Part shown: piece after piece, positions 1 through 13,865 of the stretch
Position numbering within the stretch: the first letter of the stretch is position 1
How the letters are laid out: each line of letters begins with the position of its first letter
NCBI GenBank assembly: GCA_947483975.1
Contig: CANKOL010000002.1
Span: 1 to 45,421, forward strand
Length of the DNA stretch: 45,421 nucleotides
From: Sandaracinaceae bacterium
GTDB taxonomy: Bacteria; Myxococcota_A; Polyangia; Polyangiales; JADJQN01
Direction: 5' to 3'
The notes under the pieces: generated by a model
Databases searched by the model: none
What the model was told of the DNA's origin: nothing
Seen by the model: only the letters and a program-made list of their open reading frames with translations
Made by a program: the position numbers and the translations under genes

Positions 1-69
1 CCCGCGGCCCTGCCCATCCCCGCTCCGCCCGCTCCGCCGCCCGGCTCGGGACGCGCGCCGACGCGCTGA
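1..69 (+). CDS. 3' end of an upstream gene (partial; ...PAPPAPPPGSGRAPTR*)
   Basis: Frame 1 is open from the window edge to TGA at 67-69, with G/C at nearly every third position. It is too short to identify. Confidence 0.3.
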   Translation, partial: PAALPIPAPPAPPPGSGRAPTR

Positions 70-80
70 CCGAAGGGGCG

Positions 81-136
81 GTGCGTAGCCCGCTGCGCAG
101 CGATCGCGCATCCTTGTGCGTAGAACGCTGCGCAGC
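81..136 (+). promoter_or_regulatory. Tandem 21-bp direct repeat, candidate enhancer/activator binding site (UAS)
   Basis: GTGCGTAGccCGCTGCGCAGC (81-101) and GTGCGTAGaaCGCTGCGCAGC (116-136) match at 19/21 positions with a 35-bp period. Each copy contains the 8-bp palindrome CTGCGCAG. The repeat lies about 90-140 bp upstream of the sigma-54-like promoter at 222-237. Confidence 0.4.
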
Positions 137-221
137 CACCGTTCCGGCCGAGCCGCCGGAATCAGAGAATGCTTCATCTTCGCAAGACCTTAGCTGTCTC
201 TGGCCGAGCGTACGAAAGCGG

Positions 222-237
222 TGGCACGGCTGCTGCT
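222..237 (+). promoter_or_regulatory. Candidate sigma-54 (RpoN) -24/-12 promoter
   Basis: TGGCAC (222-227) + 5 nt + CTGC (233-236), against the consensus TGGCAC-N5-TTGC. The GG-to-GC spacing is exact and there is one mismatch in the -12 element. It sits in a locally less GC-rich stretch just upstream of ATG 253. Confidence 0.5.
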
Positions 238-252
238 GTAGGCAGACTCACC

Positions 253-438
253 ATGAGTCACCACAGCTCGGCGCAGCAGCGTGCCCTCAAGATCCTGGCG
301 AAGTCGGTCTACCGCGAGCTCAAGGCGAGCGGCTACGTCCGAACCGACATGATCGCCTTCACCACGGAGCTGCTCGACCTCGTCACGAGCGAGATGAAGC
401 AGGACAACGCGGAGTCGGCAGCCGTCGCCATCACCTGA
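253..438 (+). CDS. Small hypothetical protein (61 aa, predicted helical, no signal peptide)
   Basis: ATG at 253 lies inside the 169..438 ORF. Third-position G/C is roughly half in codons 169-252 and jumps to almost all after 253, so coding starts at 253. Product: MSHHSSAQQRALKILAKSVYRELKASGYVRTDMIAFTTELLDLVTSEMKQDNAESAAVAIT. I recognise no family. Confidence 0.7.
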   Translation: MSHHSSAQQRALKILAKSVYRELKASGYVRTDMIAFTTELLDLVTSEMKQDNAESAAVAIT

Positions 439-467
439 GTCCCTCGCGCCTCGACGCGCGATCCACA

Positions 468-524
468 GAGCTCGCCACGGTCAAGCTTCGAGAGGAGCGA
501 TACGTGCGCGAGCTCTTCTCGTTT
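468..524 (+). terminator. Candidate intrinsic terminator after the 61-aa ORF
   Basis: GAGCTCGCCACG (468-479) pairs with CGTG-c-GCGAGCTC (503-515): 12 bp with one bulged C. A T-rich tail TTCTCGTTT follows (516-524). The loop is large (23 nt), which lowers confidence. Confidence 0.35.
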
Positions 525-599
525 CCGGCTCTCTCCATGGCCACCTCGCCGAGCGCTTCGGAGCGTCGAAACCCGCGAGAAGAATGAGACTTCGCGCGC

Positions 600-628
600 T
601 TGACCGTCCGAGCGCCGATCGCTAAGGT
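600..628 (+). promoter_or_regulatory. Candidate sigma-70-type promoter for gap-pgk-tpiA-secG
   Basis: TTGACC (600-605), 17-nt spacer, TAAGGT (623-628), about 65 nt upstream of the gap ATG. This is a pattern match only. Confidence 0.3.
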
Positions 629-693
629 TCGCGGCCCTCGAGCGCCACGACGGCGCTCATGAGGAGCAGCTCTGCGGAGCAATTGGAGGCGGG

Positions 694-1707
694 ATGGCTA
701 CGAAGATCGCGATCAACGGGTTTGGCCGCATCGGCCGCTGTGTCGCTCGCATCCTCTTCTCGAGGACGGACCATGACCTCGAGCTCGTCGCAATCAACGA
801 CCTGACGAGCCCGAGCGTGCTCGCGCACTTGCTCCAGTTCGACTCGGTCCACCGGACCTTCGAGCACGCGGTGAGCTCGGACGAGACTGGGCTCGTCGTC
901 GGCGGCAAGAAGGTCCCGGTCTTCGCGAAGAAGGATCCCGCGGAGCTCCCGTGGAAGGACCTCGACGTCGACATCGTGCTCGAGTGCACGGGCGTGTTCC
1001 GCGACAAGGCGGGCGGGCAGAAGCACCTCAGCGCAGGCGCCAAGCGCGTCATCATCAGCGCGCCCGGCGAGAAGGACATCGACGCCACGTTCTGCGTCGG
1101 TATCAACACCTCGACCTACGACGCGGCCAAGCACTTCATCGTGTCGAACGCGTCCTGCACGACGAACTGCCTCGCCCCGGTCGCCAAGGTCGTGCACGAG
1201 CGCTTCGGCATCATCAAGGGCCACATGGTCACCGTGCACTCGTACACGAACGACCAGCGCATCCTCGACCTGCCGCACAAGGACCTGCGGCGCGCGCGCG
1301 CTGCCGCGCTGTCGATGATCCCGTCGACGACGGGGGCCGCGAAAGCGATCGGCCTCGTCCTGCCGGAGCTCAAGGGCAAGCTCGACGGCACCTCGATCCG
1401 CGTGCCGACGCCGAACGTCTCGCTCACCTGCTTGACCGCCCATGTGTCGAAGCAGACGACGCGCGACGAGGTGAACGCCGCGCTCAAGGAGTACGCCGCG
1501 GGCGAGCTTGCCGGCATCCTCGGCTTCGAGGAGCGGGAGCTGGTGTCGTCGGACTTCATCGGCGACGAGCGCTCGTCGATCGTCGACGCCGCGCAAACGT
1601 CCGTCGTCGGCGGCGACCTCGTCGAGGTGCAGAGCTGGTACGACAACGAGTGGGGCTTCTCGCGCCGCATGGTCGACCTCTCGGCGATCCTCGCGACGAA
1701 GGGCTGA
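694..1707 (+). CDS. gap: Glyceraldehyde-3-phosphate dehydrogenase, type I
   Basis: INGFGRIGR Rossmann N-terminus, the SNASCTTNCLAP catalytic-Cys motif and a WYDNEWGFS C-terminal motif. GGAGG at 685-689 lies 4 nt before the ATG. Confidence 0.97.
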   Translation: MATKIAINGFGRIGRCVARILFSRTDHDLELVAINDLTSPSVLAHLLQFDSVHRTFEHAVSSDETGLVVGGKKVPVFAKKDPAELPWKDLDVDIVLECTGVFRDKAGGQKHLSAGAKRVIISAPGEKDIDATFCVGINTSTYDAAKHFIVSNASCTTNCLAPVAKVVHERFGIIKGHMVTVHSYTNDQRILDLPHKDLRRARAAALSMIPSTTGAAKAIGLVLPELKGKLDGTSIRVPTPNVSLTCLTAHVSKQTTRDEVNAALKEYAAGELAGILGFEERELVSSDFIGDERSSIVDAAQTSVVGGDLVEVQSWYDNEWGFSRRMVDLSAILATKG

Positions 1708-1713
1708 GCGCCG

Positions 1714-2900
<1,187 letters not shown>

Positions 2901-2904
<4 letters not shown>

Positions 2905-3737
2905 CCCACCGAAGAAGCCCCCGCGCCCTCGCGGCTCAGGCCGCCATCGCCGCGCTTGGTCCGAGCTCGTCCCCGGGGGGGCGTCGTCGGCCCCTCGTGG
3001 TCGGCAACTGGAAGATGCACAAGAACGTCGCCGAGTCGGTGGCGTTCGCCCACGACCTGGTCGCGGCAGGGATCGATCAGCATCTCGCCGAGCCCGTGAT
3101 CGCGCCGGTCTTCCTGGCGTTGCACGCGGTGCACGGCGTCACCTACGACAGCGGCATCGGCCTCGCAGCGCAGGACGTGCACTGGGAGACCAAGGGCGCA
3201 TACACGGGCGAGGTGAGCGCAGAGCAACTGCATCACGTCGGCTGTGGCTACTGCATCGTCGGGCACTCCGAGCGGCGGCATCACTTCGGCGAGCGCGACG
3301 AGGACGTTCGGAAGAAGGTCTCCGCGCTGCTCCGCCACGAGGTGACGCCGATCCTCTGCGTCGGTGAGACGCTGCTCGAGCGCGATCGGGGTGAGACGAT
3401 CAACGTCGTCGTCTCCGAGGTGCGTGAGGCGCTGCTCGGGCTCGAGCCGGGCTTCATCGAGCGCCTCGTGATCGCCTACGAGCCCCTCTGGGCCATCGGG
3501 ACGGGGCGCACGGCGACCCCGAGCGACGCGCAGGTGGTGCTCGCCGCGGTTCGCGCGCTCCTCGCAGATCTCGCGGGACGCGAGCGCGCCGAAATGGTTC
3601 GTATGCTCTACGGCGGCAGCGTGAAGGCCGAAAACGCCGCCGCGCTCATCGCAGAACCCGACATCGACGGCGCCCTCGTCGGCGGGGCATCGCTCGAAGT
3701 GAAGTCGTTCGTGGCCATCGTCGAAGGCGCGCGTTAG
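2901..3737 (+). CDS. tpiA: Triosephosphate isomerase, with about 30 extra N-terminal residues if ATG 2901 is used
   Basis: [15 protein letters not shown] and [12 protein letters not shown] motifs. ATG 2901 overlaps the pgk TGA (ATGA). An in-frame GTG just before GNWK is an alternative start. Confidence 0.9.
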
Positions 3738-3781
3738 ACTGCGCGCGCTTTCACCCGCCCTCGCCTCAGGTAGGACCATCC

Positions 3782-4231
3782 ATGTTCGCTTTTCTCGCTG
3801 TCATCTACGTCATCGTCTGCGTCTTTCTGATCCTCGTGGTGCTCCTGCAAGCGGGCAAGGGAGGCGGCATGGGCGCAGCCTTTGGCGGAGGCGCAGGCGG
3901 TAGCCAGACCGTCTTCGGCGGGGCAGGCGCTGGCAACTTCCTCACGCGCCTGACCTGGGCGAGCGCCGTGCTCTTCATGGTCCTGTCGGGGACGCTCGCG
4001 TACATGTCCTCGTCGAGCGACAAGAGCCTCGAGGAGGCTGCCCGCATCACGCACGAGCGCGAGGCTGCGCGCGACGTGAGTCACGCCCCGACGAAGGCGC
4101 CCGCGGCTGCTGGCATGTCGAGCGGCGACGGCGACGCTGGCGGGGTAGCGGCACCAACGGCGCCCCCGGCCGACGAACCGGCGCCTGCCGCCCCGTCCCC
4201 CGCAGCGCCCGCGCCCGCCCCCGCGGAGTGA
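3782..4231 (+). CDS. secG: Preprotein translocase subunit SecG with a Pro/Ala-rich C-terminal tail
   Basis: An N-terminal TM helix is followed by [17 protein letters not shown], the glycine-rich SecG signature, and a second TM segment. It occupies the conserved position after tpiA. Confidence 0.9.
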   Translation: MFAFLAVIYVIVCVFLILVVLLQAGKGGGMGAAFGGGAGGSQTVFGGAGAGNFLTRLTWASAVLFMVLSGTLAYMSSSSDKSLEEAARITHEREAARDVSHAPTKAPAAAGMSSGDGDAGGVAAPTAPPADEPAPAAPSPAAPAPAPAE

Positions 4232-4243
4232 GCAACACCTGAC

Positions 4244-4273
4244 CTCGCTCGTCGGCGCTGGCTGACGAGCGAG
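4244..4273. terminator. GC-rich hairpin between convergent secG and kinase genes (candidate bidirectional terminator)
   Basis: CTCGCTCGTC (4244-4253) and GACGAGCGAG (4264-4273) form a perfect 10-bp inverted repeat. The 10-nt spacer can add about 3 more pairs. There is no U-tract on either side. Confidence 0.4.
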
Positions 4274-4308
4274 CGGGGCCCCTCGAAGGCGATCTGGGCT
4301 CGTCGACG

Positions 4309-8316
<4,008 letters not shown>

Positions 8317-8410
8317 GCGGTCGTGCCGCTCGGCTCAGCCCACGCGGGCCTCCCGATGCAGCCCACGCCGAAGCACCGAAGGTGCTGATAGCACAAAGGA
8401 AACCGGCCCG

Positions 8411-10282
8411 CTACGCCTGCGTGAGGGGCGCGTCGGCTGGCGGCTCGACGGCCGCCACGAACTGCAGCTCGTGGAGCCGCGCGTACACGCCACCCTGCGC
8501 GAGCAACGCCTCATGCGTGCCCTGCTCGACGACCTCGCCCCGGTGGAACACGAGGATCTTGTCCGCCTTGCGGATCGTGGAGAGGCGGTGCGCGATCACG
8601 ATCGCGGTGCGCCCCGCGAGGACCTCGTCCACGGCCGTCTGAAGGCGCGCCTCGGTCTCGCTGTCGACGTTGGCCGTCGCCTCGTCGAGCACGAGCAGGT
8701 CGGCGTCCCGATAGAGCGCGCGCGCGAACGCGAGCAACTGCCGCTCGCCCGCGCTGAAGTTCGCGCCGCGCTCTTGGCAATGCGCCGCGAGTCCGCCCTC
8801 CCGGCCATCGACCAGGCCGCTCGCGCCGACGCGCTCGAGCGCACGCCGCACGCGCGCCTCGTCCGGCGTGGGGTCTCCGACCGCGACGTTCTCGAGCACG
8901 GTGCCCGCGAACAGGAACACGTCCTGCGGCACCACCGCGAAGCGCCGCCGCAGCTCCGCGCGCTCGATGGACCGGACGTCGCGCCCGTCGACCAAGACCG
9001 CGCCGCCGCTGACCTCGTAGAGGCGCAGCAGGAGCGCTGTGACGGTGGTCTTGCCGGCGCCCGTCGCGCCGACGACCGCGATCTTCTCGCCGCGCTTCAC
9101 GTCGAAGCTCACGCCGCGCAGTACGGGCTCCCCGGGGCGATACTCGAAGCGCACGTCGTCGAAGCGGACGACGACGTCGCTCGGCACCGGCGCACGCGGC
9201 GTCGGCACGTCGACGACCGTCGGCGCGTCGGGTTCGTCGACGTCGAGCAGGCTGAAGATGCGCTCCGCCGACGCGAGCGACTGCTGCACGACGGTGTACT
9301 TCGTCGAGAGGTCACGGATCGGCACGAAGAAGCGCTGGATGTAGTCGTAGAACGCGACGACGGTCCCGACGTAGACGAGCGAGGCGGTGCGGTCGGCGAG
9401 CGCGCCGGCGCGCACTCCCGCGTACCAGAGGACGAGCGCGATGCAGGCCGCGGCGACCGACTCGACGGTCGAGTAGAGCAGCGCGTCGAACTTGATCGAG
9501 CGCTGGTTCGCGTCGCGATAGGCGCGGTTGATCAGGTCGTAGTCCTCGGCGCACGCGGCTTCCCGCCCGAACGCCTGCACGATCGCGATGCCCTGCACCT
9601 GCTCGCTGAGGTACGCGTTGAGCTGCGCGGTGCGCGCCCTGATCGCCCGAAACGCGGCGCGCGCATAGCGACGGAAGACCTCGACGACCGCCGCGAGAGG
9701 CGGCAGCGCGGCGAAGGCGACGAGCGAGAGGCGCCAGTCGAGCATCAGCATGAAGGCGACGATCCCGACGAGCATGAAGATGTCACCGACGGCGGTGACG
9801 GCGCCTGACGCGAAGATCTCCGCCAGCGTGTCGATGTCGTTCGTGATCCGCGTCACGACGCGCCCGATCGGCGTGCGGTCGAAGTAGCCGACGCGGAGCC
9901 CCTGCACGTGGACGAAGACCGCGCGCCGCAGGTCCGCCATCGCGCGCTGCCCGCCGAGCTGCATCGTGTAGACCTGCGCGAAGCGCGCGACGAACTCGAC
10001 CGCGACGGCGAGGAAGAAGTAGCCGGTGATGCCGACGAGCACCGAGCTCGATCGATGCGCCACCGCCGCGTCGATGGCGCGCTTGACCAGCAGCGGGAAG
10101 AAGAGCGACGCCGCCGCTGCCACCGGCAAGAGCCCAAAACCCGCGAGAAACAGCGGAAGATGGGGCTTCGCGTACGGCAGCAGCCGCCGGAGCAGCACCG
10201 TATCGAGGGCTGGCGGGGCCTCCGCTTCCTCGTGGAACGCCGCGAGCAGGCGCGCCGCGCGGTCCTTGTCCTCGCCGCTCAT
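8411..10282 (-). CDS. ABC exporter half-transporter (TMD-NBD) with canonical Walker B and a deviant signature motif
   Basis: Six-TM exporter-type N-terminal half. Walker A is GATGAGKTT, the signature is FSAGERQ, Walker B is LLVLDE and the H-loop is IAHR. I chose ATG 10282 (MSGEDKD...) because it overlaps the upstream TGA (ATGA). The ORF-track start at 10342 is probably an over-extension. Confidence 0.9.
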   Translation of the reverse strand: MSGEDKDRAARLLAAFHEEAEAPPALDTVLLRRLLPYAKPHLPLFLAGFGLLPVAAAASLFFPLLVKRAIDAAVAHRSSSVLVGITGYFFLAVAVEFVARFAQVYTMQLGGQRAMADLRRAVFVHVQGLRVGYFDRTPIGRVVTRITNDIDTLAEIFASGAVTAVGDIFMLVGIVAFMLMLDWRLSLVAFAALPPLAAVVEVFRRYARAAFRAIRARTAQLNAYLSEQVQGIAIVQAFGREAACAEDYDLINRAYRDANQRSIKFDALLYSTVESVAAACIALVLWYAGVRAGALADRTASLVYVGTVVAFYDYIQRFFVPIRDLSTKYTVVQQSLASAERIFSLLDVDEPDAPTVVDVPTPRAPVPSDVVVRFDDVRFEYRPGEPVLRGVSFDVKRGEKIAVVGATGAGKTTVTALLLRLYEVSGGAVLVDGRDVRSIERAELRRRFAVVPQDVFLFAGTVLENVAVGDPTPDEARVRRALERVGASGLVDGREGGLAAHCQERGANFSAGERQLLAFARALYRDADLLVLDEATANVDSETEARLQTAVDEVLAGRTAIVIAHRLSTIRKADKILVFHRGEVVEQGTHEALLAQGGVYARLHELQFVAAVEPPADAPLTQA

Positions 10283-12006
10283 AGGCCGAGCTCCCGCTCG
10301 AGGCGCTGCCGGGCCGCGAGCTTCGCGTAGAGACCGCCGCACGCGACGAGCTCATCGTGCGTGCCGCGCTCGGTGATCTTCCCGGCGTCGAGCACGACGA
10401 TGCGGTCCGCGCGCGACGCGGCCGCGACTCGGTGCGTGATCAGGATCAGCGTGCGCCCTTCCCCGGCGCGATCGAGCGCGCGGAGGATCTGCGCCTCGGT
10501 CTTGGCGTCGACCGCGCTGAGCGGGTCGTCGAGCACGAGCACGGCAGGCTCCGCGAGGAGCGCTCGCGCGAGGGCGATGCGCTGCTTCTGCCCGCCCGAG
10601 AGCTGCACGCCGCGCTCCCCGACGACCGTGTCGAAGCCGTCCGGCATCCCCTCGATCTCGTCGAAGATCGCCGCCTCACGCGCGGCGGCGCGCACGCGCT
10701 CGAGGGCGTCGGGTGCGTCGGGATCCGCGAGCGCGAAGCCGATGTTCCGGGCGATCGAGGTCGAGAACAGGAACGGCTCCTGCTGCGCGTAGCCGACCGC
10801 CTGGCGCAGGCTTCGCGCGGCGAGCTCCGTCACGTCGTCCCCGTCGAGGAAGACGCTCCGGGGAGGCGTCGGCAGGAGGCGCGGGAGCAGCGCCGCGAGC
10901 GTGCTCTTGCCGCTGCCCGTCGGACCGACGACCGCGAGCGAGCCGCCCGCCGGGACCTCGAGCGAGACGTCGTCGATGACCGCCCGCGCGCCCTCGACGT
11001 GCGAATAGCTGAGGTGCGAGACGCGGAGCGCGCCCTGAGCCTTCGCGGCGAGCGCGCCGGGCGCATCGACGACGTCCGGCGTCGCGTCGAGCAGCTCGCG
11101 CACTCGACCGTACGAGGCGCGCCCGCGCTGCACGACCGAGAGCATGTAGCCGAAGGCGAGCGTCGGCCAAACCAGCTGCCCGAGGTACGCGCTGAACTTG
11201 GCGAATTGACCGACGGTCAGCTCCCCAGAGAAGAGCATATGCCCGCCGACCCAGATGACGGTCAGCGTCCCGATCGAGCTGACCAACATCAGCACCGGCC
11301 ACATGAAGCCGCGCAGCACGACGATGGACATGTTCTTCGCGAGCGCCGCCTCGTTGACGACGTCGAAGCGACGACGCTCGTGGTCCTCGAGCGCGAACGC
11401 GCGGACGACGCGCACGCCGGCGAGCTGCTCTTGCACGCGCTCCGAGAGCAGCCCCGCCGCCGCCTGCGCCTCGACCGAGCGCTTGAACACGGCGCGAGAG
11501 AACCAGCGCGCGATGAAGACGAAGAACGGGTACGGGATCAGCGCGAACAGCGTGAGGCGCGGCGAGGTCGCGAGCATCAGCGCGATGGCGCTCACCCACG
11601 CGACGACGGAGTTGACGACGTTGAGCACACCGAAGCCGAGCAGCAGCCGCACCTGACCGAGGTCGTTGATGGCGCGCGACATGATGTCGCCCGTCGACAT
11701 CTTGCGGAAGAACGAGGGGCCGAGCGCGTGCAGGCGGTCGAGCAACTCCGCGCGCATCGTGTACTCGACCTCGCGCGCGGCGTCGAAGACCTCGATGCGC
11801 GAGAGCGTGCGCACGACGCCCATCACGAGGGCGCAGGCGACCACGGCGAGCGCGAAGTTGCGCACGGTGGTCCACGCGCCGTCGTGCAGGCCGTCGATCG
11901 CGTGCTGCAAGAGCCACGGGATCGCCTTGTCGAGGGCGTTGGTGACGAGCACCCAGCCGAGGCCGACGAGCACCGCGCCCCGGTGGGGGCGCAGATAGCT
12001 CCACAT
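10279..12006 (-). CDS. ABC exporter half-transporter (TMD-NBD) with Walker B Asp in place of the catalytic Glu
   Basis: Starts MWSYLRPHRGAV... at ATG 12006. Walker A is GPTGSGKST, the signature is LSGGQKQR, Walker B is VLVLDD and the H-loop is ITHR. The 830-aa ORF-track extension upstream is Arg-rich read-through that overlaps the real upstream gene in another frame. Confidence 0.9.
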   Translation of the reverse strand: MWSYLRPHRGAVLVGLGWVLVTNALDKAIPWLLQHAIDGLHDGAWTTVRNFALAVVACALVMGVVRTLSRIEVFDAAREVEYTMRAELLDRLHALGPSFFRKMSTGDIMSRAINDLGQVRLLLGFGVLNVVNSVVAWVSAIALMLATSPRLTLFALIPYPFFVFIARWFSRAVFKRSVEAQAAAGLLSERVQEQLAGVRVVRAFALEDHERRRFDVVNEAALAKNMSIVVLRGFMWPVLMLVSSIGTLTVIWVGGHMLFSGELTVGQFAKFSAYLGQLVWPTLAFGYMLSVVQRGRASYGRVRELLDATPDVVDAPGALAAKAQGALRVSHLSYSHVEGARAVIDDVSLEVPAGGSLAVVGPTGSGKSTLAALLPRLLPTPPRSVFLDGDDVTELAARSLRQAVGYAQQEPFLFSTSIARNIGFALADPDAPDALERVRAAAREAAIFDEIEGMPDGFDTVVGERGVQLSGGQKQRIALARALLAEPAVLVLDDPLSAVDAKTEAQILRALDRAGEGRTLILITHRVAAASRADRIVVLDAGKITERGTHDELVACGGLYAKLAARQRLERELGL

Positions 12007-12038
12007 GCTGCGGGGGAGCGACCTAGGCTGAGTCAGCG

Positions 12039-13865
12039 TCAGACCTGGGGACGACGGCGGAGCAGCCCGACGGCGAGCAAGAGGAGCGCGAACAGCCCTG
12101 CGCCTGCGGTCGAGGACGACGCGCCCGGCACGGCGCAGCCGCAGCCGCCGCGAGCGCGCGCGGCCCCGGCGGGCGCAGGGGGAGCGTTCGGACGACAGAC
12201 GCGCGTCACGCCGTCGGCGGTCGTGGCGCAGTCGAAGCCCGTCGGGCATGGCACGCCGTCGCTGCAGATGCGGGTGCAATACGAGGAGTCTCCCTCGACC
12301 GCGCAGATGTTGCTGAGGCAGTCCGGGTTCGCCGTGCAGGCTTCGCCGAGGCCGCCCGCGTCGCCGACGCAGACCGAGACGGCGCCCGCCGCCGAGCACG
12401 TGTAGCGGTCGGGACACGGCGCCGCCGCGGTGCAGATGTCCGTGCAGAACTGCCGGTCGCCGAGCGTCGCGCAGATGCCCGAGGTGCAGTCGTCGTTCGC
12501 CGTGCACGGGTCCCCGAGCGCGCCGCTCGTCTTGCAGGCGCCGCACGTCGGCAGGGTCCCCGCTTGGCAAGCGAAGCCCGCCGGGCACGCCGCCGCGCCG
12601 CCGGGCACGCAGGGCTGCGCGCAGACGCCTCCGCTGCAGAACAGCGCAGCGCACTGAGTGTCGACCGTGCAAGCGCTGCCCGCGGCGCCCGTGCCCGCCG
12701 AGCCTGCGCGGCAGACGCCGTCGTTGCAGGTGCCGGTCAGGTCGCCGTCGCAGTAGAAGCCGCTCGGGCACGAGCTCGGCGAGAGCCAGTCACACGTCTG
12801 CGAGCAAGTGCCGCCGACGCAGAGCCCGGACGCGCACGCCGCGGCTCCGCTGCAAGGGGCGCCGAGGGCGCCGCCCGCGGGGCGCGCCTCGCAGGCGCCG
12901 CTCGTCGTGTTGCAGCGCTCGGTCGCGGCGCAGTCCGAGTCGCGCGTGCAGCCGCTCGGGGGCGTGCTGCCGGAGCAGTCGGGGCTCCCGCCGACGAGGC
13001 GCACACACTGTCCGACGCCGCCGAGATCGGCGCAGACGTCGCCCGCGGCCGCGTTGCAGCCCGCCGCCGAAGTGCACGCCTGGCCGCAGAAATTGCCTCC
13101 CGATGGGTAGGTGAGGCAGTACGAGCCGGCGCCGGTGCAATCGGCCCCCGACGAGCACGGCGAGCACACGCTGCCGTCGCCCGTCGGCGTGACGCACACG
13201 CCTCCGGTGCACGTCTGCCCCGACGGGCAGCCCGTCGTCGCGCAGTCGGTGGGGGTCGAGCCACCCGGATAGAGCGCGCAGATGCCCGTGCCGTCGTCGG
13301 CGTTGAGCGCCAAGACGCCGCCGCCGTACGCGTAGTACATGGCCGCGCTCCCGTCGGTCGAGTGCCCGAGACCCATGTAGTGGCCAGCCTCGTGGACGAC
13401 GATGGAGTACGCGTTGACGCGCGAGCCCGTGCCGGAGCCCTCGATCCACGTGTAGTTCTCGCCGTTGAGCTCCATGTCGGCTTCGTTGATCGTGCTCGAC
13501 CACTTGGGCGCCGTGACGCCGATCGCGCCCGACCCGTGCCGCCAGCCCGACTCGACCCAGCTGACGACCGATATGCCGTCGTAGGTGCTCACGTCCGCGC
13601 GCGTGCTCGTGCGCCCACCGTAGGCGACGCTCAGCGATGTCCCGCAGGAGACGCGAGTCCAGTCCTCGAAGGCACGCTGCACGATCGGCTCGAGCGTCGC
13701 GATCGGCAGGTCGGCGCTACCCGCGGTGGTGAGCATGTAGGGCGCGGGCGGCGTCCACACCGGGCGGCTGCCATCGATGGGCGTCCAGGCGCGCGCGGGC
13801 CCGGACGACAGCCCGAGCGCGAGCAGGAGCGCAGCTGCCACGGCGAGACGTGAAGGGCGGTTCAT
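12039..13865 (-). CDS. Secreted matrixin-like (metzincin) zinc metalloprotease with cysteine-rich repeats and a MYXO-CTERM-type C-terminal sorting tail
   Basis: Signal peptide MNRPSRLAVAAALLLALGLSSGPARA. Zinc site HEAGHYMGLGHS (HExxHxxGxxH+S) with a downstream AAMYY Met-turn. About 300 aa of repeated CxxxxDCxSGxC-type modules follow. The tail is GGCGCAVPG... + hydrophobic helix + RRRPQV. ATG 13865 overlaps the upstream TGA by 1 nt. Confidence 0.88.
   Translation of the reverse strand: MNRPSRLAVAAALLLALGLSSGPARAWTPIDGSRPVWTPPAPYMLTTAGSADLPIATLEPIVQRAFEDWTRVSCGTSLSVAYGGRTSTRADVSTYDGISVVSWVESGWRHGSGAIGVTAPKWSSTINEADMELNGENYTWIEGSGTGSRVNAYSIVVHEAGHYMGLGHSTDGSAAMYYAYGGGVLALNADDGTGICALYPGGSTPTDCATTGCPSGQTCTGGVCVTPTGDGSVCSPCSSGADCTGAGSYCLTYPSGGNFCGQACTSAAGCNAAAGDVCADLGGVGQCVRLVGGSPDCSGSTPPSGCTRDSDCAATERCNTTSGACEARPAGGALGAPCSGAAACASGLCVGGTCSQTCDWLSPSSCPSGFYCDGDLTGTCNDGVCRAGSAGTGAAGSACTVDTQCAALFCSGGVCAQPCVPGGAAACPAGFACQAGTLPTCGACKTSGALGDPCTANDDCTSGICATLGDRQFCTDICTAAAPCPDRYTCSAAGAVSVCVGDAGGLGEACTANPDCLSNICAVEGDSSYCTRICSDGVPCPTGFDCATTADGVTRVCRPNAPPAPAGAARARGGCGCAVPGASSSTAGAGLFALLLLAVGLLRRRPQV

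Noticed and set aside
100-107. GCGATCGC (a HIP1-like octamer palindrome) between the two direct repeats. Other short palindromes also occur, such as CAACGCGTTG at 40311-40320.
   Set aside because: Palindromes of 8-10 bp are expected many times by chance in 45 kb of this composition, and no repeated genomic pattern is visible in the window.
169-252. A longer version (89 aa, ATG 169) of the small ORF at the left end.
   Set aside because: Only about half of the third positions are G/C in codons 169-252, against nearly all after 253. The candidate sigma-54 promoter would also lie inside this extension.
12007-12771. An N-terminal extension of the first ABC transporter ORF, which the track gives as 830 aa from 12771.
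   Set aside because: The extension is Arg-rich nonsense. It overlaps the 3' part of the metalloprotease gene in another frame on the same strand. The transporter sequence proper begins at MWSYLRPH (ATG 12006). The same logic applies to the rpsA ORF extension (23635-23862), the cmk extension (24585-24869) and the HtrA extension (15792-16187).
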